A DNA stretch of 64,000 nt, from NCBI GenBank assembly GCA_964035575.1, contig OZ037835.1, positions 1,922,001 to 1,986,000 of the forward strand, read 5' to 3'. The translations under genes and the position numbers were made by a program. How positions within the stretch are numbered: position 1 is the first letter of the stretch; each line of letters starts with the position of its first letter. This DNA comes from Rhynchopus sp. YZ270_cl-10 (lineage: Eukaryota). Below are positions 1 through 12,259 of this stretch, piece after piece. The notes under the pieces are model-generated. The model searched no databases. It was given only the letters and a program-made list of their open reading frames with translations, and was not told the origin of the DNA.

Positions 1-565
1 TTTCTCAGGCATATGGGGTATAAGATCCACTTTTCGCAGGCATATGTGGTATAAGATCCACTTTTCGCAGGTATATGGGGTATAAGATCCACTTTTCTCA
101 GGCATATGGGGTATAAGATCCACTTTTCGCAGGTATATGGGGTATAAGATCCACTTTTCTCAGGCATATGGGGTATAAGATCCACTTTTCTCAGGCATAT
201 GGGGTATAAGATCCACTTTTCGCAGGCATATGGGGTATAAGATCCACTTTTCGCAGGCATATGTGGTATAAGATCCACTTTTCGCAGGCATATGTGGTAT
301 AAGATCCACTTTTCGCAGGCATATGGGGTATAAGATCCACTTTTCGCAGGCATATGTGGTATAAGATCCACTTTTCGCAGGCATATGGGGTATAAGATCC
401 ACTTTTCGCAGGCATATGTGGTATAAGAACCACTTTTCGCAGGCATATGTGGTATAAGATCCACTTTTCGCAGGCATATGTGGTATAAGATCCACTTTTC
501 GCAGGCATATGTGGTATAAGATCCACTTTTCGCAGGCCTATGTGGTATAAGAACCACTTTTCTCA
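1..565. repeat. 31-bp tandem minisatellite, ~18 copies, truncated by window start
   Basis: Unit TTTTCGCAGGCATATG(G/T)GGTATAAGATCCAC repeated head-to-tail with few substitutions and no spacers. Confidence 0.95.
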
Positions 566-1074
566 GCCATTTCAGCAATTTTACGAGAGGACCAGCAGAT
601 ACGCGGAGATCCCTAAGTGTCCTATCCAGATCGAAATTGCCGACACTGACACAGTACATCACTATCACCCGCACCCAGAGGAGCCGTCACTTGTCTCGCA
701 GTACCTAGAGGGGACAGCCAGCGCCCGTTCTTCCAACCACCCCTTCTGACCACTCAAACCCACTCAAGTACACAGAACGTGACACCCGCAAACAACAACG
801 TGGAGCTGATCCTGTGTGTGAATCAGGTGCCTGCGGAGGTACCGCCCTCGACTTCCAAGGCGACATCCTCTAGACTGCCCTGCGTGGCCACCGGTGACAA
901 GCATCAACAGGCCTTACTGCCCAGATGGATTCAACACAAAGATGTCTCGGCATCATCTTTTTCGGCACCATTGTTTTAGGGTTTTTCGACACGAGACGAC
1001 AGGAAATTACGTTCTTCCCATCCCAAACTACAACATCGACTTCACGAGACAGTGTGCTTCAACATTCCTTCAAC

Positions 1075-2105
1075 GATGATGGCAAGCGGTTGTTGGGACC
1101 TATTCCACGTGCATCGAAGTTCCAAGAGGTGTACGAATGTCAAAATTTTCTGCACCTTCTACCGTGCGGACCAGCTGTATACCGGAGTGTTTGAGACCGA
1201 GGAGGGCTCTGGTGTTTCAAGCCGAAAAACAACAACTACTTCCAGGGACTGAAGAACTGCGACCCCGCCGCACCCCTGATCATGTACGTTCGAAGATGTC
1301 TCCTGCGGTAGACAAGGGGCGTTTCGTCGTTTTTTCGGACGGGTCTTCTCTGGTAAGATCAAGGCCGTACAGAAGGCACGCATCATGAGACCATACTACG
1401 AGTACAGGAACCAAGAAGGACGTGGCTGTGAAGAACATCCAGCGTACCCTGCTCATGATGGGATGTTACCAAGGCCGTTTTGAGGACGTGCCCTGTGGTA
1501 ACGTTGTGGGTCTTGTAGGAGTCGACAACTTCATTGTGAAAACGGCGACCATCACCGACGAGAAGGAGGCTGAGTGCTACCCCCTGAAGGACTTGAAGTA
1601 CAGTGTGTCGCCCGTTGTGCGTGTCGCTGTGGAGGGATCCCATGCCGACCTACCCAAGTTTGTTGAGGGACTGCAGCGTCTGTCGAAGTCCGACCCGCTT
1701 CTGCAGTGCTCGATTGAGGAGTCGGGAAGCCTCATTTTGAGATCTGCCTGAAGGATATTCGGGAAGACTACTTGGCTGTGCCAAGTGGTAGATCAACGAG
1801 CCCGTTGCGTCGTTTCCGTGAGACCATCACCGAGGTGTCTGACCGCCAGGGTCTGCCCAAGTCACCGAACAAGCACAACCGCCTCTTCTGCAACAGAGCA
1901 CCCTTTGGAGACAACTACTACCATTACTACACAGACGTGCATGATAACGGGGGTTGAGCACTCCGACGGTGTCTGCAACATGAACTTACCAGGCACTACA
2001 CCTTCCCACTCAGTTTGCGGGGGCCGCTTATCTGCCTCCGTGCACATCATCGACACCAACAGCAACGGCTCCACAAGAGCCCACCTACTTCAGTGATATC
2101 CAGAG
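1075..2105 (+). pseudogene. EEF2: Decayed translation elongation factor 2 pseudogene (multiple frameshifts and stops)
   Basis: Fragments in shifting frames match eEF2: [138 protein letters not shown]. Ends approximate; may extend upstream to ~775. Confidence 0.9.
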
Positions 2106-3491
2106 GCGTCAACCTGCACGCGACCACGGCCGACGCCTTCGAGGACCTCCCCGTGGCTGGAGGATACAAGCACGTTACGTTAAATGCGGGGTACATACTT
2201 GTGGTGACCCTACTGCCGATGTTGTAATTATTTGACTGACGTCCCCCATAAGAAGCCACTATTCAAACTGAGGAAACTTTTTGTTGACCGGAACAGTGCC
2301 GTAATTTCCTCGATACGAGGCAACCTTTTGTCTGAAGTCCTCAAGAAGAGTCAATTATTGAAAGCCCTCCGAGAGAGACTTCCATTGTTTGAAGGCCTGA
2401 AGATTGATACGCAGGGTGAGGTGGAAGACAACAATGTCTGAAGAAGATGTCAAAGCTGGGGGCGGTTCGCGGAGTGCCCCGACGCTGTACAACAGCAAAG
2501 TCAGCAGGAAGCAACAAGAAGACGAGAGAGAGAGCCCTCTGCTCCACCGCGCAGGAACATCGAAATAGTAGACGAACCGCTCCCGAGGAAGCGCACCCGA
2601 CGCACAACAGCGACTACTCGACGCCGTTTGCAGAACTAGGCAAACTTCTTAACCATAGCTAAATAGAGGCAACCTGGACTGTAGTCTTCCAAGAGAGGCA
2701 ACTGGTGACAGAACACACTTGTTTACAGGGAATACATGGTGCGTGCTATTTAAAGCTAGTCTCATTTTAAAGACTAAAGGTAACATCGCCCTTCTTTGGT
2801 TCTTATTCACCAAGTACGTAGCGGCCCTTCCACATATCCACATATGATTGCCTACTTCTTGGACGCCCCACTATTGCCACGTACTACACGTAATTATCTT
2901 TGAAGTTTGCCTGACTTGAAATGGGTGACGTGGCCTGCACACAGACCGTTTTTAAGCACCACCCAGTTAGTTTTGGGATCTTCGCCAAATCGATAGGTAA
3001 GAGAGGGGGTTTTAAGATCCACCGACGAGCCGCGTCTTATGAAGACCTCATCCTACAAGAATTATCTCAACAATCTTCAACGGCCCTGCAAGTTTTTTGG
3101 GTCCAGTACCCATTCCCCGCATACGCCATCCTCCTCAGGGGCCTTCGATCCATTGACGCACCCGGACTCATAGACTACGACCATCGACCACTCTCTCACG
3201 CACCCGCTTTACACGAACACTACAACGTAGGTACCTAAATTTTCTGTCAGGGGTAAAATTACATCATCTGAACAATGCCCTTGTGGGATCCTACGCAGTT
3301 GCTGCGTTGTAAAAACATATCTAAGAAAAGTGACAAAGCACGTGCGACTTCGGGTCATTACAATTTTTTGTCAATCCTTACATCGAAAGGAGACAGTTAC
3401 GCAGTTACTCTAATTATTGCGGCCGCAGAGAACAATTTCGGGCCAGAGAGTTTTTTCGCGTAGCGTCCCTTGAGGGTCCCAAGGGTCCTGG

Positions 3492-4017
3492 GTGTGATCT
3501 GGGGTGAGGAAGCGTTCCAACTTTTCAACCTCTTCCCCAATTTACCTTTCGCGCTTTTTTACCCTCCCCCGTTTTAGAATCAACAGAGAGTGTACGTTAA
3601 GATTTTTCGGTGACATGACACTTGTGACATATCGTAGGAAATCTTTTAGTATGCGCGAAGACGATTCTTGTGCTCCTCACTTCTCCCCCACACTATGTCA
3701 ATACAACAGGTTAGACCGTTTGGTCTGGGAGGGTTTGGGGTTTCTTCTTTCTCTCAGTTCAATCTTGAACAAATTCGAGAGGAGTTTTATTTATTTATTC
3801 AAAAAAAAAAAAAAAAAAAGAGGAAAGAAGAAGAAGTTTAGAAAGGAGTAGGTTTCATCGTCAGAAGAACCCACCCTATTCAAACCCAAACCTTTGTATT
3901 GTAGTGTGATCTGGGGTGAGGAAGCGTTCCAACTTTTCAACCTCTTCCCCAATTTACCTTTCGCGCTTTTTTACCCTCCCCCGTTTTAGAATCAACAGAG
4001 AGTGTACGTTAAGATTT
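3492..4017. repeat. Dispersed repeat family A: two ~114-bp direct copies (3492-3605, 3904-4017)
   Basis: GTGTGATCTGGGGTGAGGAAGCGTTCCAAC...GTGTACGTTAAGATTT nearly identical in both copies. Further copies at 56223-56337 and 63518-63730 (the latter includes internal-region homology); diverged copy near 39122. Confidence 0.9.
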
Positions 4018-4132
4018 GTCATGTCGGAAAAAAGGGTTTTGTTGTACACGTTAAACAAATGACTTCCACGCGTGGTTTTTGGTGTTTTATTATGTTAATC
4101 CCTCACCCTCACCCCCACACCCACCCCCTAGG

Positions 4133-4307
4133 CACCCGATGCGAGTCGCATTCTCGCACAATTCTGGTCTGACGAAAAATTATCGCTCATTCTCGCTCAC
4201 CTCTCGCACGACCAAAAACCCTTCTACGTGAGCGATAATGCTTATCGCATGCGAGAATGGTGTGCGAGAATGCGATAATGATTCTCGCATGCGACTCGCA
4301 TCGAGTG
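4133..4307. mobile_element. Putative MITE (~175 bp) with 19-bp terminal inverted repeats
   Basis: CACCCGATGCGAGTCGCAT ... ATGCGACTCGCATCGAGTG (1 mismatch); interior packed with TCTCGC/GCGAGA motifs; no clear TSD. Confidence 0.6.
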
Positions 4308-5623
4308 TATGCGGCGGTCCCCCACCCCCACAACAACGTGCACCGTCCCCCCCCACTGACTCCCCCCCAGCCCCCATGAGCGCTGCTGTGTGTGTTACGC
4401 AACGTAAAAAAAAAGAAGTTTTTATTTTTCCCTCTCTCCCCAACCCAATTGCGGGAATCTGTCGGGATTCCCACAATTGCACGTCATATGATCCTCTCGA
4501 TTGTGGACACATTTTAGATATTGCCAGATCGTGCAAACGGGCATACGCGATCGGGGCTCTCGTTTCCCCACCTCTGGAACGTCATGTCAGATTCAGAACC
4601 ACTCGGAATAAGCAAACCTTTGGCAATCCTCCCTCCCCTGCCATCTCAACAAAGAAGCGCACCTACCTTTCAACTTCCAAAGTACTACAATGAAATGCAA
4701 TACAAAACAAACAGAGTAGCAAAAACAAGAACAAAAATAAAACAAAGTTGAAACAAACTTTTTCAAACTCCCCTGCCATCTCACAGAAGAACCTCTCAGA
4801 GTCTCTCCCCTACTTTTGCAGATCGCGAATGCGGAACACGTTCTCCTTTTGACAATACGATCGTCACCTTCTGTGCCACCAGATTCGTTGCCATCGAGGG
4901 GTGGTTGTCCATCTCCGTATCCGGCTCTCACTGCTTCGGCGAAGCATCGCAACACTTTCCCCTCAGTTTCTTGAGGCGGTTGTACCTTTCGCAGCTTTTC
5001 CTGCGCCACCTTCTTCAGGCCGTATAAATTTAATGAAAGGGAAAACTTCCAGATTTGACTGATAGACCGGTACTGCTTCATGAGAGAGGCGTAACAGCCT
5101 TTGCTTAGTTGCCTCGGACAGAAGAGAGCGTGAACAGCCATTTTTGTGTCTTCTTTGCCACCACTAATGTCTTGCTACTTCAGCCTATGGGTAGTCCCTC
5201 GGGTCAAAACGCTCTCAGGAAAGGTGTGAGCGAGACACTGAGGAGTCGAGTCTCTTGCATTGTCTTCAATGTAGTGACGCCCGTCAACCGACCAGTCCGT
5301 GTGGACCGGATGGAGACGTCTTGGCGTTTGGGAGTCGGCCAGCGGTCAGCAGGCAGCGCATGGTTTCCTACACGCATTGCACTATGGTGTTGGAGTGCAG
5401 GTTGGAAGCGGTGCTCAAAGCAGGTCCAGGTGCAATTTCCTTACAACGTCCAGTGTGGTGTTGGTTCCTCTTCCGTATGCATTGTGTTTCTGAGGTGCCT
5501 TAGCCTCGTGTCTCTCGTCCCTTTTTTTTCTATCATCCCCTCAAACATTTCACAACAGGTTTTATTGGAGCAGGGGAGTCCCTAGTGGAGTCCCCTGTCC
5601 TGTATTTTTTTTGGTACAATCGC

Positions 5624-8346
5624 ATGTTGGCGGCGCTGGTGTTAGTATGTTCGTTGGCAGACTACATATTGGTGGGGTGCTATATTGATAAAGGTGACCG
5701 TGACATCGGCGAGCAGGAGGACCGTACGAAGGGGTCCATTGAGCTGTGCAAGCAGCACTGCTCCGTGGATGCGCCAGGTGCGCCGTATAATGTGTTCGGC
5801 CTCCAGTCCAACGATGAGTGTCGCTGTGGCAACAGCTTCGGAAAATACGGCAAGGCAGCAGATGCAGACTGCAACTCACCCTGCCAAGAAGACGCCTCAC
5901 AGATCTGCGGTGGGCCAAGCAGGAACTCAGTCTACCTCGTAGAAACTGATCCACCGGCTACACCCAGTCCACCGACACCGTCACCACCGACGCCATCACC
6001 ACCGACACCTAGTCCACCAACACCCAGTCCACCGACGCCATCACCACCTACACCGTCACCGCCGACGCCATCACCGCCGACGCCCAGTCCACCAACACCG
6101 TCACCGCCAACACCAGCGCCTCCCACACCGTCGCCACCGACACCCAGTCCACCGACACCATCACCACCAACACCGTCACCACCGACGCCATCACCACCGA
6201 CACCCAGTCCACCTACACCGTCACCACCAACACCAGCACCTCCCACACCGTCGCCACCGACACCCAGTCCACCGACACCATCACCACCAACACCGTCACC
6301 GCCGACGCCATCACCGCCGACACCCAGTCCACCAACACCAGCGCCTCCCACACCATCACCACGACGCCCAGTCCACCAACACCGTCCCCACCGACACCTA
6401 GTCCACCAACACCATCACCGCCAACACCAGCGCCTCCCACACCGTCGCCACCGACACCCAGTCCACCGACACCATCACCACCTACACCGTCACCGCCGAC
6501 GCCATCACCGCCGACACCCAGTCCACCGACGCCGTCACCACCAACACCGTCACCGCCAACACCAGCGCCTCCCACACCATCGCCACCGACACCCAGTCCA
6601 CCTACACCGTCACCACCAACACCAGCACCTCCCACACCATCGCCACAGACACCCAGTCCACCAACACTCAGTCCACCGACGCCATCACCACCAACACCGT
6701 CACCACCAACACTCAGTCCACCTACACCGTCACCAGTGACTGAATCTCCGGTAACCAACGCACCAACAACTCTAACACCAGTCACACCTGCCCCACTGAC
6801 GCAACCACCACCAACAGCAACACCTCTTACACCTGCACCACGAACACCTGCACCTCACACTGCCACACCGACAGTGCCACCTACAACACCAGCACCAACA
6901 GAGACGACAGCACCGCTGCTGCGAGACACACCGACAAGCGGTATCAAAGCGTCTGTGAGGCAAGACCTGAAGAAGGCGAACACGGCTGCTGGCGCTGCAG
7001 CAGTTCTGGGTGGTGGTGCGGGGAATGCAGGGAAGCTGGCTGTGCTGAACGGCTTTGGGTGTGAAATGGACGACGTGGATGTGGGCGAAGAGCCACTGGA
7101 CTGGGAGTTCCACCCGACAACGATGTCGCTGGGGGGTGCGGCTGGGGGCTACAAGCTTGCTGCAATGGTGATGAACCCTGTAATTGTGGTGTGCATTGGT
7201 CTGCTGGTGCTGTGTGCAGCTGCAGTTGTGCAGACAACACAGGGGTACGGACGCGAGAAGGCAATCAGTGTGACACGGTTTCCTGGGATACTGTACATCC
7301 CGTACCTCTTCCTGCTGCAGGGGACAAGCCTTGTGGCGGCACAGGTTGTCTTTGACCCTTCACGCTACCCAACAATGGTTGCAGTGCTTTCGTACGTGAC
7401 ACTGGCACTGTGTCTGCTGTCGCCTGTGCTGCTGTACACCACTGTGCTGCGCCATGTCAAGAGAGAGGCGGAGCTCTTTCCCGACCCTGCGATTGTGGGG
7501 AACCCAGAGACAGGCGAGCCTGGGAAGCGTGCGAACAGTGCTGTGTACAAGTTTGCGTTTGGGACAGACATCTGGGTGTCACGACAGAGCTACTTTGCAG
7601 AGAAGTACGGGAACTGCTTTGAGAACGTAAAGCCGACGTGTCTGTGGTACATCCTGTGCGAGCTTGCGGTGATTCTGTGTCTCTCGCTGCTGTCTGGATG
7701 GCAGCCCACCTCTGTAGGGTCCTGCAACACACGCAACATCGTCATCACGATTCTGCTGCTTCTGTTCTTTGCTGCAACAGTTGTCAAACGTCCGTTCTTG
7801 TCTGCGATGGACAACTTGATATCCATTGTCCTGAGCCTGCTGCTTGCGTCCGCTGTCTTGGGGATGACGATAGCCATTGCGACAGAGTCACCTAAGGACA
7901 GCGCACTGTACACAATCAGCGGTGTGTGTCTCTTCGTCTCTGCACTGATGGTGATGGTTAAGTGTGTATGGGACTTTGGGATCTATGCTATGGATGTGGT
8001 GATCTCACGTCGCAGTGATGCACGACAGCAGGCGAGGTCTCAGGACACTGTGCTGAAGAATGATCTTGAGTTGGAGCTGGTGTCGGATCTCGCACTGAGC
8101 CCGCAGCATTCGAACGAGCTTGCAGATTTGCCATATTTTCAGACATATGTGCAGTCTTCGTCTGCTCTGATGGGGAACACCACTGCGTCGTGCACATCAC
8201 CGCTTGAGGACCCACTGAAGCACGACACTGCATGCGTCTCGAAGAGCTCGACTCTGAACTCCTCCCGGCGGGATGAACGCTCCGCAGTGCTGTTCCCGTC
8301 TGTGGACGACGCTCCACGACGACAGCCGCGAAGTATACGAGTGTAG
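5624..8346 (+). CDS. Surface membrane protein: signal peptide, WSC domain, (PPTPS)n stalk, multi-pass TM C-terminus; 1-nt frameshift near 6362
   Basis: ATG 5624 ([12 protein letters not shown]); WSC motifs VGCYID..C...C..FGLQ..ECRCG..C..PC....CGG..RNSVY; ~52 Pro-rich pentapeptides; about 7-8 hydrophobic segments in ORF 6736-8346. Restoring one C in TCACCA(C)CGACGCCCAGT joins the two ORFs into ~907 aa. Confidence 0.85.
5952..6735 (+). repeat. Coding 15-bp tandem repeat ([10 protein letters not shown])
   Basis: CCACCGACACCCAGT/CCACCGACGCCATCA variants, ~52 units. Confidence 0.9.
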
Positions 8347-9664
8347 TGTGTTGTTGTTGCAACATGCGGTGTGCATGTTGCAGCTGTCTGTGTAGAGTCT
8401 TTTGTGGCGGTTTTTTTTCTCCCGTCAAATTCCTCCCTCCATTCTCCCTCTCTTATTTTTTGTTCTTTTTGGTGGGAGTGTACTAACAAACTCTCTTCCT
8501 TTTTCGTTTCTTTTTTTTCTTGTGTGGGTGGAGATAGCTATTGACACCCGTAGTATATTCTAAGCATCGAGGCACAGCGAACGGGAGAACCTGTTAGCCC
8601 ACAACTTTTCAGCAGAAGGTGGGATGCCCGCTGACGAGCGCGTTGTGTACCGCCCCCGTTCACACTACGGTAATTAGGTCGCCTTTTTGTTGTTGGCACA
8701 TTCTGTCGGCCGCAGGGTGCTTTGTGCTTTCATTCATGGCATCGTACGTGGGTCAGTCGGAGGTGCCCGCATCAATAACTATTCTGTCGTCTTGGTCAAA
8801 GGGTCAAACGAAGGTGACAATTGGAAAATGCTACGGTCGCTCTAGCTGTTTTCACCCTCATTTTGTGCTCCTCCCTTCTCACACATCACTATCTGTACTT
8901 CAGGACTTTTTTATCTTTTCTATTTGGCTCTGTTTTGTATTCATATCAGTTTTCAAAAACCACAAGAGCCTTTGCAACAGTCCTGCGTGAGTGTGGAAGG
9001 GCAGCGTACAACTAACAAACTTTCCCCCACCTTTTTTTGTTTTCTATTTCTATCATAGTATTTTTTGGGTCAGACCAAAAGGGCTGTAGCAAGCCCATAC
9101 TCACAAGGGGGGGGATGAAAATACCCCAACTTATAGTAAACAGCGATAAACGAAAAAAGTGTCTTTTCTTTCGTTTAACTGTCATATCCTGAAGTCGTTT
9201 TCAATTTTATTTTTGAAAACTTTTTGACAACGTGAACCCCCCGCGAACGGGGCAATCCACGTGACCCTCCCTTTCCCCCCTCCCTCCTTTATTTTATTTT
9301 TTGCCGCAGCAAAGAGCTCGGTCCCCGTGTGCTCCAACCTTCTGGTCGAGAGATTCGAGCGTCCCTGTGAGACATGTTTCTTACCGAAAAGGAAGTGTGC
9401 TCCATTTGGTGTCTTCCAACACCACCCTCTTCTCTGTATCCTCTTGACCTATTGCGCATCGTGCTGGCTTTACCAGTGTAGTGCGCCTTGGGATATGTTG
9501 ATTATCATGTTTTTTTTGTGCACTGCTTTATATTTCGTAATACCGCATCTTTCACACCAACAGCTAATCCCCCTGACAAAAGGTGTTTGGGCTTGGCATA
9601 TGCTCCAAGCTGGCCCATATCTTTTAAGTGCTTTTCAACAAAAGAGAAAAACTGAAGACTCAAG

Positions 9665-10925
9665 GGGGGGTCCGTAAGTTTGTGTATTAGTGTGTAAAAT
9701 TTCCGGCCCTTTTGGGTGAAAAAAAAAAGGGTGAGGGGAGTTGGGTCCAGTCATAGGGGGTATAGTATATTTTTTGGAAAATTCTTCAAAAAAGCAAGGA
9801 TTTTTGCTGAGCACAATGAAATTTTCAGAAAAATCCCAATTTTCGGCCAAATTTGGAGCAAATTAGGGCCCACACACCCCGATTTTGGGTCAAAAACCGA
9901 CTTCATTTTTGCTCAGGAGTGCCTACGATTACGTAAACCAGAGGTCCTCTGGATGCATGCATTGATAAACACGCCTACCACGCCCGTTTTTGAGCAATAA
10001 AATTACGAATTTTTTTTTCACCCTCTGCGAAAAAAAACTGAAAAATCACGGCTATAAGAACGCTAAGGAAAAATCGATATTCATTTTTTGGGCGCAGAAA
10101 AGTGCGTTTTAGGTGCCCACCGATGGTCAAAACATCAATTTTTTTGTGTTTTTGGCATCTTTGGACACCCCACACTATCGGGGTGATTTTTTTTGAGATT
10201 TGTCTTTGCCAAAATCGAAAAAAAATTTGTGACGGAATTTGCTAAGGAAAAGTCGAAATTGTGGGCCCCTGTAGTAATGCGTAAGGTGCATAATGCATAT
10301 GGTTTACCCCCAGATCGTCAAAACACCCGATTTTTGCGTTTTTTTGCACTTTTTGGTGCCCAAAAACCCAACTCAGGGGTCGAAATTTTCCCGAAAAAAA
10401 AAATTTTTTTTTTGAGATTTTTCGATTTTTTGACAAGGCGCTGGCCCATACAAAATGCACTGGTGGTACAGAAAATGGCCGGGGAATAAACTCTAGATGC
10501 TCAAAACAGCTCAATTCTTGCTTTTTTTGACTTTTTGGTCCCAGAAGGGTGCCCAGGGTGTAGTGAGCAGGCCTCAAAAACACTTGTGAAAAAAAAATTT
10601 GGGATTTTTTTTTTTTTTTGAGATTTTTCGATTTTTCGACAAGGCGCTGGCCCATACAAAATGCACTGGTGGTACAGAAAATGGCCGGGGAATAAACTCT
10701 AGATGCTCAAAACAGCCCAATTCATGCTTTTTTTGACTTTTTGGTCCCAGAAGGGTGCCTAGGGTGTAGTGAGCAGGCCTCAAAAACACTTGTGAAAAAA
10801 AATTTTGGGATTTTTTTTTTTTTGAGATTTTTGAAAAATCGGCCGATTTTGCGACCAATTTTGGCTGGGGAATTTCGACGACCAAAGGGTCCCCCCTTAG
10901 GTTTTTTCCAAAAAATCGGGTATTT
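9665..10925. mobile_element. Putative non-autonomous DNA element with internal ~205-bp tandem duplication
   Basis: Non-coding and rich in A/T homopolymers; 10412-10619 is duplicated at 10620-10830; termini are only loosely inverted (GGGGGGTCC / GGTCCCCCC). Confidence 0.4.
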
Positions 10926-12023
10926 TTTGTGTGTACAATTGTACACCCGGTCTGCCGGTCTTTTTCGAGGGTGGGTAGGACCGGCCCTTATAGCCGGTAA
11001 TCCTTAAGAGCCGGTCTTTTTACGGACCCTAAAGACCGGCTAAAGACCGGCTATACACACTAATTACGTGTCTGGTCGTTGCCGGTCTATTTACGGATCC
11101 CCCAAGGAGGTTTTATTTTCTGATCTCATTTTTATTTTTGATAAATCATTGGTTTGTAGTAGTCCGAGTCAGTCTGACGAGAAGGGTGCGAGAAGAGTCC
11201 GATCCTCGGCCTAAAAATTGGTCTTCTTTTTTTTTGTTTTGAAAGGCTTTTTTTTCCTCCAAGGGGAGAGCCTCTGGCGCAATACGCTGGGGGCAGTTGG
11301 TCATCAGTATTCTTTTCCTTAAGCAGTGCGCGGCACCTAACGTTTCCCTTCCCCACCCCACCACCGCTGTCCTGGTCCAGCCTCTGTCCTTGGCAGTGCT
11401 GGCAAACGTTCCCGATCGTTGTCCATGTGGGTGCAGTACGGACCCCTCTTTTCTAGTGTCCGTACTGCGTTGTTCAGAGGCACGGTCATGGTTCTGTTTG
11501 ATGTGTATGCAATCTACACATGCGGGATACCTATACACTGTTCTTTTTAAGTTTTTTTTTTTGATAAATTGTTGGAGCAGTGTAGTTGCCTCGGTTGTGT
11601 TGCCACAGTTGTGCAATCTCCACTGTCTGTTTTTTTTTTTTTTTTGTGAAATCCTTCTGAATGAAGGTGGTCCGAGGGTGTCCTGTCGACGCATTTTTAT
11701 ACATTTTTTCGCACCCTCTTTGCCTTCTTTTCGTTTAGAAAAGAATGCATGTAGAAACAATTTTACACGAACTCAACAAGAGATGCGTTTTGAGTGCGTT
11801 TTCAACTACTCTTTTTTTTTATATCAGGCAGCATTTCGCTACTGGGAAGATCAACCCCCGACAGTGTGTGTGACCACCTTCGTTCCCCAGGGTTAGCCAT
11901 CCCCAACTTTTTACCCTCAGGGCCAAGAACCATCCTGCTTAGGGTACCCACGAGGCACATACCATACCGCCTTGCTATGACTTTTGAAGGATGCGATCAA
12001 CAAACAACGAATAAACAAATATA

Positions 12024-12074
12024 TAGTGGAGCACACTCTAGGGTGGCTACACTAATACAACCAAGTTTTCAAAA
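12024..12074 (+). repeat. Dispersed 51-bp hairpin + A-tail repeat, copy 1
   Basis: TAGTGGAGCACACTCTAGGGTGGCTACACTAATACAACCAAGTTTTCAAAA, identical at 39022 and 47524. Confidence 0.9.
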
Positions 12075-12259
12075 TAAAGAATGGGATGGTATTTCTTTTG
12101 GAAGGAAGCTCGTGAAATAAATAAAAGCACCCCGCCACCCACCCCACCCCAAAAACATACAACAAACCACAACAGCGCTTCTAGGGGAGTGGGCCCCTCT
12201 CCTCTCTCTCTCTCTCTTTTTTGAAAAACACATTTCGAAAGAATATTCAGATCAATGCC

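Noticed and set aside
1..565. 31-bp repeat as a CRISPR array or coding repeat (ORFs 160-495, 191-526)
   Set aside because: Units are contiguous with no spacers, there are no cas genes and the context is eukaryotic; the ORFs are by-products of the repeat.
2232..3463. Short ORFs downstream of the eEF2 pseudogene
   Set aside because: No recognisable homology and codon usage unlike the real genes.
4593..5560. Possible retroelement remnant on the - strand (HHTGRC-like fragment)
   Set aside because: Interrupted by stops, and no RT or endonuclease motif that I can support.
9687..11062. TAGTGTGTA/TACACACTA as TIRs of a single 1.4-kb element
   Set aside because: Only a 9-11 bp match and the flanks give no target-site duplication.
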